Source: Trichinella spiralis (taxonomy: Eukaryota). From it: DNA of 64,000 bases. A program made the position numbers and the translations under genes. The notes below the pieces were generated by a model, which saw only the letters and a program-made list of their open reading frames with translations, was not told the origin of the DNA and did no database searches. The stretch lies in assembly GCF_000181795.1 (NCBI RefSeq), contig NW_003526941.1, positions 3,594,472-3,658,471 of the forward strand, in the 5' to 3' direction. Below are positions 51,134 through 64,000 of this stretch, piece after piece. The stretch's first letter is position 1. Each line of letters opens with the position of its first letter.

Positions 51134-54100
51134 TCACTGCAGTTCCATCAAGTATGCTTCATTTGTTAATTTGCGCTTCATCTGCTCGTCCGTGATCTGC
51201 GTCTGATTAAGCATTGAAATGCCAAGTTGATCATTCTTCAAAAAAAATAAAAACGTTCATATATTATGATGTTTTTTTTTTCAAAAATTCCGTTTCACAA
51301 GTGCAAAATGATAATAAGCATTTTAAGAAAAAAATAGAAAAGTTCATTCACTTGCGTAAACGGCTGAGCCATGGTTCGCAGCCACCGTCTGGAAATCTGC
51401 AAAGCTTCTTCAATGCTCAAATCCAAGTTACTTGCAGAAAGCTGTTCTTGTATCCATTTGGGCAACTTTTCTCGTTTATCACTTCTCGAGTATCTCTGCA
51501 AAACAGTTCCATCATTCAACACTCTGAAAGCCTTGTAAATAATTCATTAATGAAAAATTATCTTGAAACTCAAAAGTTGAATGAACAAAAAAGAAAATTC
51601 AACTACAGTAAATCAAATTAAAAAATCTTACTGACCAACACACAATTGTACCTAATTATCAAAAATGTAAAAACGCCGAAAATAATGTAACAAATTAATC
51701 GTAAATTTTATTTTTATCAGTGAATAATTTTCGATAAATTTATATACTTTATCTGCAAAAATCATCAAACCATAATCGGTTTTATTTCTCAACGCCCTTC
51801 CGACGCACTGTGCCGCTTGACGCATCGCGTCGAATGTCAAAAAATCATTTTCCTTGATATTAAATTGATCGCGTAAATATTCCAAACGAGCACGGATTAT
51901 GCGACTTTCGGTGTAAACGTACGGCACGCCAAGCATCACCACCGCGCGCCCTGTATAATTAATTATGCAGTATGAGAAAATACAAGTCACAGCCAAGTCA
52001 TTTTCATTACCGAGATGGTCGGAAAAGTCGACACCTTCGGATACTTTTCCTCTGGCAACAGAAAGTAGAATCGCCCCACGCCCATTTTCGCAAGCCTATT
52101 CAACAACAAATATCATCATTAATTGTTTCAATTTTTTTCAAAAAATGCCATTCCACTCACTTTGATGTAATTTTGCAATGCCAGGGAAGTTTCTATAATA
52201 TCCTGCGTTTCAATGAACAGCAGTTTATTTTTCATGATGCGATCAATGATTCCCTGCAAAAAAACAGTTGACCAACACCGAAAACAACGAAAATTGCGTT
52301 AAAAAAATGAAACAATAAAGAAAAAACACACAATCACATACTTGTTTATACCAAAACGCGACAGTATTTTCCATGTACATGTAGCTGGTGAAAAAGCATA
52401 CAATTCCATCAGGCACTATTCTGCTCAGCTCCAACAGCAGCGTTCCATAATTGCGTATCACGGAAGTGTCATCCCTGGCTTCGAATTTGCTCGTCATCGT
52501 AATCTGATCATTGCCTGAACAAAAAAGACAACAGGAAGAAATTATTTTCCAAAAAAAAGTGAACATTTTTTCTTCAATTTACCTTTGGCAACAATCAACG
52601 GCAATATGCACGGTCTGGCCAGAGTCATGCTGAAGCTGGCCATTACGGCGGGATCGAAGTTCAAAATTTTCGGATACATATCCAACGGCGACAATGTCTA
52701 TACAAGTGGAATATGAACATCAAATATGGATAATAAATTTTTTTTAAGAAAAAACACTATTACCCCAGAAGTTATTAATACAGATTGAAAACGATGAAAA
52801 ACGGGCCGAATTGCAATCGATGCATCCATACAACTGAAAGTCATCACTGGATTGGGAACGGTTGGAAGTTTTTCATCGAACGGCTCAAAAAGCAAGCAAA
52901 AGCCTAAATTAATTTTAAGATTATGATTTTATTGAAATCAATTAAAAACACTGTACAATAATAATACCTTTCGCGTAAGTGCTCACCAGAGTGGCAAAGT
53001 TGGCTAACAAAATCAACGGAGCAAAGTTGGATGTGTCTGACAATTCCAAAGTTCTGAGCAAACTGGCCAAACGCTCGGAACAAAATCTCAGTGGTTTACG
53101 TTCAATTGCGGTACGAATTTGAACGTCGCTCAAAAATACAGCGGGATTTTCTATCATAACTGAATTACTGCTCATGCGATGTTTGACATAATTGAGAAAA
53201 CGTCGCAGAAATGCGATGAAATGTTCCGCGTTGCGTATAGATCCAGGAACTGCTTCTTCGAGAATATCATCCGGAAGAACTGCAGATAAATTTTAAAATC
53301 ATAACAATAATACTTTAAACATTGCAATCGTACCAGGATTGGCGAGAATCTTATCCGTATCACGAAGGTGTTTAGCCTCTCGTAAACCTTCCACCAATCG
53401 TTTGTATTCTCGATCCAGATGAGCTACGTCTCTTTCTTTAGTTCTAAATTCAAATTTTATTAATTTACAATTTTTCAACGTACAATTTCATTACTCTTTG
53501 ACAAATTTTTGCAAAGATTCTAAATTTTCTTGACATCGTTCTATAGTACGCTTTTTCAATGTTACGCTCAACGATTCGATACATACGTTGTCTGAAATCC
53601 AATTTAAAACGACAATATACAAACAACTACCTACTGTAGTACTTACTTACCAATGTTATGAGCTTCGTCAAAGACAACCACAGAGCGCCTGGAGAGATCT
53701 TTGGAAATAAGTTCTGCAATTTTTGGATCCAACAAATAATGATAGCTGTAAACAATAACATCAGCTCGAAGAAGAGCATGCCGAGCGACGAAGTAAGGAC
53801 ACCAGCCCATTCTGCGTCCGTAAGCTTTCAAATCGTCCAAATTATACACGCCGCGTGGTAAAGCGCTTTCAACGCCTTCTTCCATAAATTCCTGAAAGGT
53901 TGAAAAATCAAAAAAAAAGAAGGCACAACAATTTATTAAATCGAATTTCACCTCAAAATAATTGCAGCATGGTATTGAAGGATCGTCGAGACGTCTGGCA
54001 CGAACAAAGCTGGACGTCAAGCTCAGACAATGTCCATCGACAATCTTGCCCAAACGAAGCTTGCTCACTTCCGGATGAATGCACATGTTTTTTCTGGCGC

Positions 54101-54641
54101 TCATAGCGAGACCGACGATATTCAAACTCTCGCCGGTTTCTTTTTCATAACTATCACACAAATGACGCAATTCTTCAACAACCTATACTATGAAATGAAG
54201 ATTATTTTTAATCAAAATAGTACAATTTCAAACCTTGGAAATTTCTGGAATTGTTCTCGAACAATATATCAATTTTTCCAACTGTGATGGATACGCTTTC
54301 ACATAAGCTATGACTAACGATAACAATGAAGCCGTTTTGCCGGTACCAGAAGGCATTTCCAGTAAACAATGACCCTGCATTGAATATTACAAAAACAAAA
54401 ATACAATTTCACTTCGCATTATTGAAACAGAGATCAACGAAATCATCATCTCATTGAAATATGCTGAACAAAATACCCTCGCATCTAATGTTCTTTTCAG
54501 TTGCAACATGTAGTAATATTGTTCCGGATAGATGAATTCGTAAGGAAAAATTACCGACAGACCATCAACATCAATCCTAGAAATTTAAAGTATAAAATAA
54601 AACATTATATTAAATATACACCTGTGAAACACTTACCTCAT
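51134..54641 (-). CDS. ERCC2: TFIIH helicase XPD (Rad3), multi-exon
   Basis: [89 protein letters not shown] and [26 protein letters not shown]. Confidence 0.97.
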
Positions 54642-55158
54642 TGTAATTCTGCCTAAATTGTGACTACTTCCTCAAAATTGAAATATGGATATTTTCATCC
54701 CTTAAAATTCAACATGAAAGGTAGAAGGGTATTATGAAATACCATTTCAAATAAAAAGTAAACCAAAGCAAACAAAACTTCACAGTTTACTTTCAAGCTA
54801 CTCACGTATAACTCTATAAATGCAAAACAACAATTTGAAGAACCAGAAAACTGAGACATTTTATAATTCATAATAATATTCAATCAATAAGTTGAATTAA
54901 AAAAATAATACTACATTAAATATATTTACATTCTGCATTATGTTATCTTCAAATTACACACACACAGATATATGTGCATGTATATAAAGACATATTTTGC
55001 AATTTGAAATAATTGGAAAATAAATTTCAAACAACAAAGAAATGTTTCATGATGTCATGTTACTTCCAAAATGTTCATATACACGTGAGTTCAAAATAAT
55101 AATAATGACAGATTTGATTACCTTTACAAATATGAATGTATAAATTCAAAAAATTATC

Positions 55159-56327
55159 TCAAGATGATGATGATGATTCAGGTTTGTCATCTGAATAAAG
55201 CCGATATTCTGGCTTCAGTTCCCATGTATATCTATTCGGATGCTGCGTGTTATAACAAGCAATCTCAGAAAGTACATCTTTCAAAAAATTCTATAAGAAA
55301 ATAATATAAATAACATCAAATAATTATGAAGATACAAATACAGGAGGCTGCTGCGTCATGCGAACTAAATCCACAAGCTTGTAATGAGGATTTTTTTCAA
55401 ACGCAAGAAATAACGCATCACGAAGTTCTTCTCTACTTAAACGTACACTTTTTTCTGCTTTTTTTGACGGTTCCGCTGTAGGCTAAAATATAAAAAAACA
55501 TGAAAAAAATTGCCAATGAAAACCAGCCTCCTGTTAACAATGAATAAACTTACTACGCTAGATGGCTTAAATTTGACTTCCGCACGATTTATAGTAATAA
55601 CCTTATTTTGAGGTTTGCTCACGGCTTCGATATGATTGCTAAAAATATATAAATATTGACTTATTACTTCAACTGTTTCAATTACATTTTCATCTTCATG
55701 TATGCGTCATTCGACGGTGGACGGCATTCCGCCTTTTGAACTACCCGTCCAAGAAGCACAAACTTCTTAAACTCGTTTGATTCTTCAGCATCTTAAAAAT
55801 TCCACAACCTTAAATTATGAACAATTCAATTTTATAATAACCAAACAATTACGCGTTTTCATGGGAAGAAGTGTCTGATTGCTGAAACCTGATGTAATAA
55901 ATCGATGTTCCAAAGGCGTATTACCCTCATCAGAACTCGAAGGAACAAACTTTACTTCATATTTCATATTCCTAAAGTACCAATATTTTTTTTCCAAGAA
56001 GAAAAGATAGTGCTCACTTATCTCGAGCAATACGAATTCTTCCAACCTCATGATGACTGTGTACGTTGGAAGCAAATTCTCTTGATAAATACTTCGGCAT
56101 CTAAAGTTTGGGTTTAAAAAATTATCCAATAAACCGAAACATAAAGCAAAAAAAACAAATTTAAAAACAAATAAAGTTAAACATTCATTTCACCTATGCA
56201 CTATTGTACTTGAATCTTATTTTACAAGCAAAATCAGTAAATTTTAAATAAAAATTATAAATCAATATTTCACCTTGACCATCCATAAACGTCTAGTCTT
56301 TTTTCCCAAATCAACTTTTGGAGACAT
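55159..56327 (-). CDS. GTF2F2: General transcription factor IIF beta subunit (RAP30), multi-exon
   Basis: MSPKVDLGKKTRRLWMVK|MPKYLSREF, LLGRVVQKAECRPPSNDAYMKM, FKPSS, LFLAFEKNPHYKLVDLVRMTQQPP and TWELKPEYR. Confidence 0.92.
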
Positions 56328-57689
56328 TTCCGAAACAAATCAGTAACACAACGCGAAATACTTAATTATTGTTGGGTAAATAATGACTTTCAAGATCAAA
56401 TATGAATTATATTTTAATTTTGATGTGTCGCATGGAACTAAATAATTATAATTAAAAAATCATGAAATTTTAAAAATTATTATTAATGTAAATTAATATT
56501 TACGAACATCAGATAAGACAGATAAACCTGACCCACCCTACCGTAATGTATAACAAGCAAAATCTGTCACGTACTCGATGTGCTTTTTCACGTTGTATGT
56601 GACACAGCATTAACATGAACATTTACATTAATGCTCTATACGTTTTTTGCTTGAAACGCTTAATACTGTTTGCATTACAGATTTATTATTTATATTAAAA
56701 TTTGTTAATAAAACTGTATATTTCAATATCATACGGTATCGAGTAGAAGTTGTAAATCAAAGCAATTCCAGTGTCGATTAAAAATCACAGTTTTAGCGAA
56801 AATGAAAAAGCCATAGAATAATTTCAAAAGATTTAAGTTAAAAATGAAATCATTAGCAGCTGAAAAATATTTGTAAATCAAAAAATTTATTTAATTACTA
56901 ACAATTTCAGTTAAAACAAACCATCGTAAAGCATTCTGAACGGAATTTAGTCTTATGTCATTATTGGCAATAATTTTTCATCATTTTTATGTAATTTATG
57001 TTTAATAGCGCTTTAAATTATTCATAATCTACTAATTATATATATGTGTTTGTAAATGGAATGTCTAACAATTTATATTTAAACTTGCATGTCAATAAAA
57101 ATACAGTTATATTCCAGAATTCTGTTGAAGTTGTTGTCGTTGCATGCATTTTTTAAAAACTGAATTATATGTCTTTGGTTGTGAGATATACGCAAACATT
57201 TATGTTGTTTGAATGATATTTTTGTGTATAAGATTTTTTCATTTTATAATTATTCTATGGTGTTTGTATATATTTGTTGTATTTTCTAAGTATTCATTCG
57301 ATATATTTCCATGTATTTGTATTTCTGCGTTCAGTTATTTTTTGTATTATTGAAATTAAATTCAGAAAACGCTACACTTTAAAATTAATGTGCTATTCAC
57401 ATTTTACTGTTTTTTACATTTTATTTTTTTACTTAAAAAAAGTTTGATGCATGTCACTGTTGAAGCAATGTTTATTGCATTACTTAATGAAAATGTTTTT
57501 TTACTATGCTTTAGAATTTTTGAAACAACAGGAAATGATAGACTTTTTTAATTGAATTTCAAAAATTAAAATTTTATAATTTGATTTTAAATAAACCATT
57601 GTTTTCGTTGTATTTATTAAAGTTAAACTGTTTTAGCTTTGGTTTGAATTGTATTTTGGGGATTTTGTGAAACAGTAGTTATCTTAACC

Positions 57690-60503
57690 ATGGAAATGTT
57701 AGGTATGTTTCGCATAACATTTTAAATTAGTGTTATCTTTTTCCTTTTTAGATGACATTGACCTGAATTGGACACTTGAATCAGACAGCTCTAATTTTAG
57801 ACTTTTATCATTTGCAGAGTTTGCCAAAGACTCTACTTCCTCCACTCCTCAAGATTCTTTTAACGTATGTTGATTTATGTGATATAATTTTTGAAAGAAG
57901 TATTTTGTGATATTTTAGTTTAATACAGTCAATAGTTTCTTCACCGACAGTGATGACAGCGGAGTGAATTTTGGTGACAATGATCAATCACCATTTTCGT
58001 TACCTCATGAAAGTAAAAAATTTTGTTTTTTTTTGGTATTTTAAAATGTGAAATTTTCTTTCTTATTTTTTCTTCAGTTCGAGGATTACGTACCCCTGAA
58101 CCAGCCTGCGATTCAAATAATGTTTTGTCGTTTGAAAGTAACTCCAATCAGCACAGGCATTCAACAACTGACTTGTTCGCAGAGAATTTGAATGGACATG
58201 CAGCAGAACCTTCCTTACAAAGTGCTGGAAATGTTTATACTCCTACAAATTCTGTAATTGTTCTTGCTACTGCCTATCCGCCAAGTAAACGACGAGCACT
58301 GTATTTTGAATATTATTGCAAAGTAATGATTTTATTTATTTACCCAGGTAATAATCAAACAAAACGCTATCTTCCTCTTAAACCAAAGTCCGAATCGCCC
58401 AGTGTTTTGCCAGTTGATTCATCATCGGTAAATTGTTGAAACTGTCTTTTTGCATTATAGCATCCATGTCCGTTATAGAGCATGAGCAAAGTTGAACAAA
58501 ACAAGATGAGAAATCGAGAAAGTTCTCGACAATTTCGATTAAGACGAAAGGATGTAAGATATTTAAATTTAATTTTCACGTATTTAATGGAATTGAAACA
58601 ACTTGCTTTTCAGTATGTAACATCATTGGAAGCAAAGATTTCAAAGTTGGAAAATGAGAACTTGCTTCTAAAAAGAGAAAACGATGCTTTAAAAAGTACA
58701 GTTTCCAACCTACTGTTTGAGGTAAATTCGACATTTTGAAACAGCTTATTATATATTGAATTTTCAAAATTTAGAGTGTAAACCAAACCTTACTTTAAAT
58801 TTTATAATAATTTCATTTTTAATTTGTCGAGATTTTTGCATAATGTATAATTTCAATTAGACGAAATATTATCAGTAATGAAATAGTTATACAAGCTGTA
58901 CATAGGAGTATTATAACCAAAATTATTTATTTGTACTGTTTTCATGTAATAGTAATAGGAGCTGTTTTTTGCTTTGCTTGCAAAAGTGCTTGAATTTTGT
59001 TTGTTTTTTATTGTTAATGTTCGACAAACATTTGTACATTGCTGTTTAATATAATTTTAGATGGAAAATCTGAAATTAGAACTTGCATCAAGATTGGAAT
59101 CCACGTCTACGGTTACAATAAATGAATCACCTAAGCGACGCAAAGATGCAGTTTTCGTTGCTGTTTTGCTTTTGATGTTCACATTCAATTTATCTCCGGC
59201 ATATTTTTCGTAGGTTTAACTTTGTTTTTAAAAGTTAAAATATAAAATTATTCGAATGAATGTCACACAATATACACTATAACCAATATGTAATATAATC
59301 AATAGAACAATATTATTATTTGATACTTTCGCATGAAATGTCAAACATCTATTAAATAAGTATAGTGTCAAATTTATATTTTATATTTCCATTCGTATTA
59401 CTTATTTTAAGATATTTATTAACGGAAACTGAAGTTTTTCTTATATTTCCTATTATTCGTTTGTAGAAGTTTTACTGGTAAAAATACAGGTGCGTTTGAC
59501 GAACAGTTGCAACTTCATTTAATCAGCAGCAGACTGTCAGATGCTAATTTAAAGAAAAGATCCCATGGGAACTTTCCTGATCGTGTAAATCGAACGAAAA
59601 GGGAAATATTGAACCAAGGAGAAGAGACTGCATCAAGTTATCCTTGTAAATCGGACAGTTACCTTAACAAAACAGAAACATTCAGGTATTTTGTATTATA
59701 TTATTTTATGATGCTGTACGCATACAAATGATTATTTGTTTGATGATGATTTCAGACTTACAATGGAATTGAATAGATGGGCTAACCGTCATCAGTACAA
59801 CAAAAAAAGTGACAAAAAACAAAGTGCAAAGTCGCGCGTGCAGCGTGCAAAGTCGCGTGTGAAAAACCGCTCAACAGATGCTATATTTGCTTTTCAACAT
59901 GACAAAAAGTCGTTGAAACTGAAAAAGATGTTCAGGTACAATGCACGCGACGTGAATTATCCATATTTTAATTTAAATTTTTAATTAAATTCTTTCGCTT
60001 TTTTAAAATTCTTTTAGTAATGGGAAAATGAATTGGAATTATTTGAAAGCTGTCGACTGGAGTCACGTGTTGAGCGCTTTGAATCGTCGGAACGATACAT
60101 TTTACGTAGTTTCATTATTTAAGGTGAATAATTTTTTGGTTTTTGAAAAAAAAACTTTATTCATTTGTTATCGTAAATTAAAGTACTGCTTTGTAGGATT
60201 ATTTTGTTGTTCCAGCAGCTTCTTACAATCGGACGACTCGTCCGCGGATATCATTACTTGCTCCTTTCATGCCATTTGATGGTATGTACAGTTTTTAATG
60301 CGAAAAGTTTTAATAAATTGCTTTTTCATATTTCAGATTCTGTTCCAGTGTCTTTTGAAAACATTGCCATGCTGCAAATAGAGTGCGAAGTGATGAATAC
60401 GCAGTTGTTGAATTTGCGAGATTTATTTTCTAAATCAGCTCTACCAACTCAGCTTTATTCACAAGCCAAGAACAATAACTCTCTGGCGCCACCGTCCGGT
60501 TGA
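57690..60503 (+). CDS. ATF6: ATF6 membrane-bound bZIP (UPR transducer), multi-exon
   Basis: bZIP NRESSRQFRLRRKDYVTSLEAKISKLENENLLLKREN; TM AVFVAVLLLMFTFNLSP (NxxP); candidate S1P site REIL; luminal motifs LNKTETFRLTMELNRW, RRNDTFYVVS, PAASYNRTTRPRISL and MLQIECEVMNT. Confidence 0.9.
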
Positions 60504-60789
60504 AATATTATTTTATAGAAATGGGTTTTTTGTGTTGTCGTTGGATGCTTTGTTTTTTAGAAATCTATTGTTTTGTGATGAGATGTTGTTTGTTTCTTCT
60601 TATTTTTTAGGCGTGTGATCGATCTCTGAGATCATTTTTTTAAAAATATCCATCTGTTGATGTGTTGTGCGATTAAATGAAAAATTGTTTTGTATTACAT
60701 TTTTTTGGAGAAAAAGGCATTACCTTATTTATATTTGGTGCATTTATTATGTGTAGTACGTTTAAATTATTCATTTGTAGATTTGCTTA

Positions 60790-63043
60790 ATGGTGAACAA
60801 CCGAAGGAGGTGAATATTATTCTTACATTATTGTTGAAATAATTGTACTTTGTTTAAAGGATTGAATGCTTTCGGCAAATTCTCGATCAAGATAGGATTG
60901 ATTTGAAATTATTGAGAGAGGCATGCTTTTGTGGTATGTAAATTTTATATTTAAAAAATATTTTTAGAACATCTCTCAGAGCGCGTTTGTTATAGGGATT
61001 CCCGATGAATCCGAACTTAGACCGATTTGTTGGCGTCTGTTGTTGAACTATTTGCCCATTGAAAAGGTGAAATGGCCAGAATATCTGAAAAATCAGAGGT
61101 AATTGCTTTTATTATAATATATACTTAAATTTGAACCATTTTTTCATATTAGAAATATTATTGATTTGTAATGTATATATATAATGTGATTTTTAAATAA
61201 TTTTAATGCTGTTATGTAATGTAAAGTGTACATGTTTTTAATCTTGAAATTATGTTTATAAATTAGAATTATTATGCTGAATAAATATTCATATTAATAA
61301 ATAAAAATTTTAATTTAAATACTTTTTGTCAGTTAATATTAATTCCAGTAGTTCAGATAGGCTACTAATAGTAGTGAAATCATTAACCTTTCTGATGTTC
61401 AGGTTCTTATTGTTAAATTTGTATTTTTATATTTTTCTTGTGGAATGAAATGTTAAATATATATTTTTTTAAGTCTTATTCATGAGGTTTTAGGAAATTG
61501 TATGCAGATCTAGTGGAAGACATTGTCATTAAGTGGAATTCAATTTTAGACACGGACGAGCATTCTTGTGATCATGTAAGAAATTTTTGTTTCTGGTAAA
61601 AAATACTTTTTATTTTTTTAATTAAAAAAGTGCTTTTAGCCATTGAGCGCTGAACCGAACAGCGTGTGGAGTCAGTATTTTCGAGATAATGAAGTACTTG
61701 TACAAATTAACAAAGATGTTAGGTAATGTTGTTGTTGTCACTGGATAGTTGAATTTTATTTTTTTTGTTTAAATGATTTTAGACGTTTATGTCCAGAGAT
61801 GTCTTTTTTTCAAAAAATCACTCAGTATCCGTGTCAGGCAATTGTGAAAAATGGAGCATTGGCGTTAAGCCAGCGGGTTTTGACGAGCACTTTGCGTGCT
61901 GAACATCTGCGCAATCATCGCTCTGGCGCCAATAACGTAAGGTTTTTTTAATTATTATTTTGGTTTAATAATATTGTATGTTAATTAATTAATCAATTAA
62001 TTAATTTTTGTTTAGTTGGTAGAAGATTGTTCCAAAAGGGGGAATGATGATTATTTTACGATTGATAAAGGGAAAGAAACACATTGGCAAGTGGTCGAGC
62101 GTATTCTTTTTATATATTCCAAGCTGAATCCAGGGGTGAAATACGTACAAGGCATGAATGAAATTGTTGGACCAATTTATTTTGTTTTTGCTTCTGATTC
62201 GCAGTGGCAAGGTAACTGTTATTGCTTTAATTACTTACAAAAAGCTTATAAATTGAATGTTGTATTAATGATTGCTTTTAATTTTCAAGAACACGCCGAA
62301 GCGGATACGTTTTTTTGTTTTCAGAATTTAATGTCAGAAATTAAAGACAATTTTATAAAAACATTGGATTCCTCCAATGTTGGAATTGGTTGGTATATTT
62401 ATTATTAGTTATAAAAAGCAACGAGAAAACCAATTTTGAATTTTGAAGATCACCAAATGCGAGCTTTGTACAGTTTGCTGCAACGGGTAGATCCAGTGCT
62501 ACACCAAGCTATGACAGAAGTACAACAACTGTGCCCGCAGTATTTTGCTTTTCGTTGGCTTTCATTGTTACTTTCTCAAGAATTTTTATTGCCTGGTAAA
62601 TGGACTAATTTTAATAATTTGAAATCTAGGTATTTATTTTCTCATTTGCAGATGTAATTCGCCTTTGGGATACATTGTTTGCAGATTGTCGGCGTTTTGA
62701 ATTTTTGCTCTACGTTTGCTTGGCAATGTTAATGTGAGTTTTACATTTTTTTTCTTTTTGAATAAGTTGATTTAAATAGTATAAGGAAAAAGGGGAAATA
62801 TTACTTTATTGTTGCATTGTTAGATTGGTACGCAATGACATTCTGACCAACGAGTTCAGCGTGAATGTTCGCATGCTGCAGGTATATATATTTTTTTATT
62901 GGAATTGTTTCTTTTTTTGACTTTACAATTTCTAAACTTTATCATTTACATTACAGAACTATCCGCCTATTGACATTGTAAGCGTCATAAAGTTAGCATC
63001 TGAAATTCGTGCTGGTAACTGGACATCTTATACATCTTCATAG
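60790..63043 (+). CDS. TBC1D13: TBC1 domain family member 13 (Rab-GAP), multi-exon
   Basis: GIPDESELRPICWRLLLNYLP, DHPLSAEPNSVWSQYFRDNEVLVQINKDVRRLCPEMSFFQ, ETHWQVVERILFIYSKLNPGVKYVQGMNEI, AEADTFFCF, FAFRWLSLLLSQEFLLPDVIRLWD and LQNYP. Confidence 0.95.
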
Positions 63044-64000
63044 TATGGAAAATGTTTTTATGTTTTTTTATTTTATACTTGTTTTTATTCTTATTTCTAT
63101 TTTGATATTGTTGATTAATTGTTTTCATTTGTTCACAGTTAATTAATGCCTATGTAATTTTTTTCTGTTACAAGTTTGAAAAACTATAAATAATAATGAT
63201 AATTTGAAATTTTTATTTTTAAAATTGCTCGAAAATATGATAAAAAGGGATATCTTTTTTTTATTTTTTGTAATGTTTTTTTTAATTTCACTTCATTTAC
63301 CGCTGTTTAAAATGAAAATTTGAATAAGTTTTAAGAAAATAATTTTTGTAAAATTGTTTCTGAATCGAGGATTGATGCACAGATTGATCATCGGCTTTTC
63401 TTCACGAAGCTCATTCAAGCAACGCTGGAGTTGAATTGGCCGCTAATTTCGCTTTGTCGAACTGATTAGTGATGGAAGATCGTCATCCATGTGTACAAGG
63501 AAAATTGAATTTGCCACTACCCGAATCCAAGGCTACGAAAAGCGACGTATACGTCAGTCACATTGGCTGACTTGGTGGTAAAAAAATTTCTCATTGGATC
63601 AGATCAAATGCACAACTTTTTTTCATTGTCTAAATAAATGATAGATGTGAAAATGACAAAAATTATAGTATAATTTTTTCAACACAAAAATTATTCTAAT
63701 CAACAATTGATGTTTGTATTTGCTTGCAAAATGTTAATTTCTTTATAATGTTAAACATGTTGTAAGATAAACGTAATTGCAAATTAATCACAATGATCTG
63801 TATTTATTTATATTTGTTCTGCTTTTAAAGCACTGCATATTTGTATTTTTAGCAAATGATAATTTTTTGTTTTTCGTAAGCTGTTTTGAATTTTCAGATA
63901 ATTTTATCGCACAATTACTTATTGCATTTAGTGTAGTATTTATTTTTTGGGCAGATTACTTTTTGAGATTTGGATAAAGAGAAGAGAACTTTAAATTCTA

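Noticed and set aside
63489..63577. Possible first exon MCTRKIEFATTRIQGYEKRRIRQSHWLTW followed by GTAAAA
   Set aside because: Could be the start of a further downstream gene, but no continuation or homology is recognisable within the window.
1..64000. tRNA, rRNA, snRNA/SL RNA genes or CRISPR arrays
   Set aside because: None recognised by eye; covariance-model searches would be needed to exclude small ncRNAs.

Overview
AT-rich eukaryotic genomic DNA with many short (about 50-100 nt) spliceosomal introns. Gene content, intron style and a KRBA2/Ginger-type element suggest a nematode, most plausibly clade I (Trichinella-like); this is inference. Splicing by hand gives 15 host protein-coding genes: ELP6 (-), WDR70 (+), a divergent HAUS6/augmin-like gene that the ORF track shows only as fragments (-), adenosine deaminase (+), EXOC6/Sec15 (-), RYBP/YAF2 (+), an eh1 + C2H2 zinc-finger factor (+), an intron-containing prokaryote-type SatP/GPR1/FUN34/YaaH acetate-succinate channel (+), Fringe (+), a secreted cystatin (+), FUBP/KSRP (-), a SAM+PDZ-like protein (+), ERCC2/XPD (-), GTF2F2 (-), ATF6 (+) and TBC1D13 (+), with ATF6 and TBC1D13 possibly co-transcribed. 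There is also a decayed TIR-bounded integrase-type DNA transposon (38517-39997). The most notable items are the augmin subunit, the probable horizontally acquired SatP channel, the Ginger-like element with an altered catalytic residue, a legumain-inhibitor motif in the cystatin and two candidate operons. All family calls come from motif recognition by eye; no searches were run.
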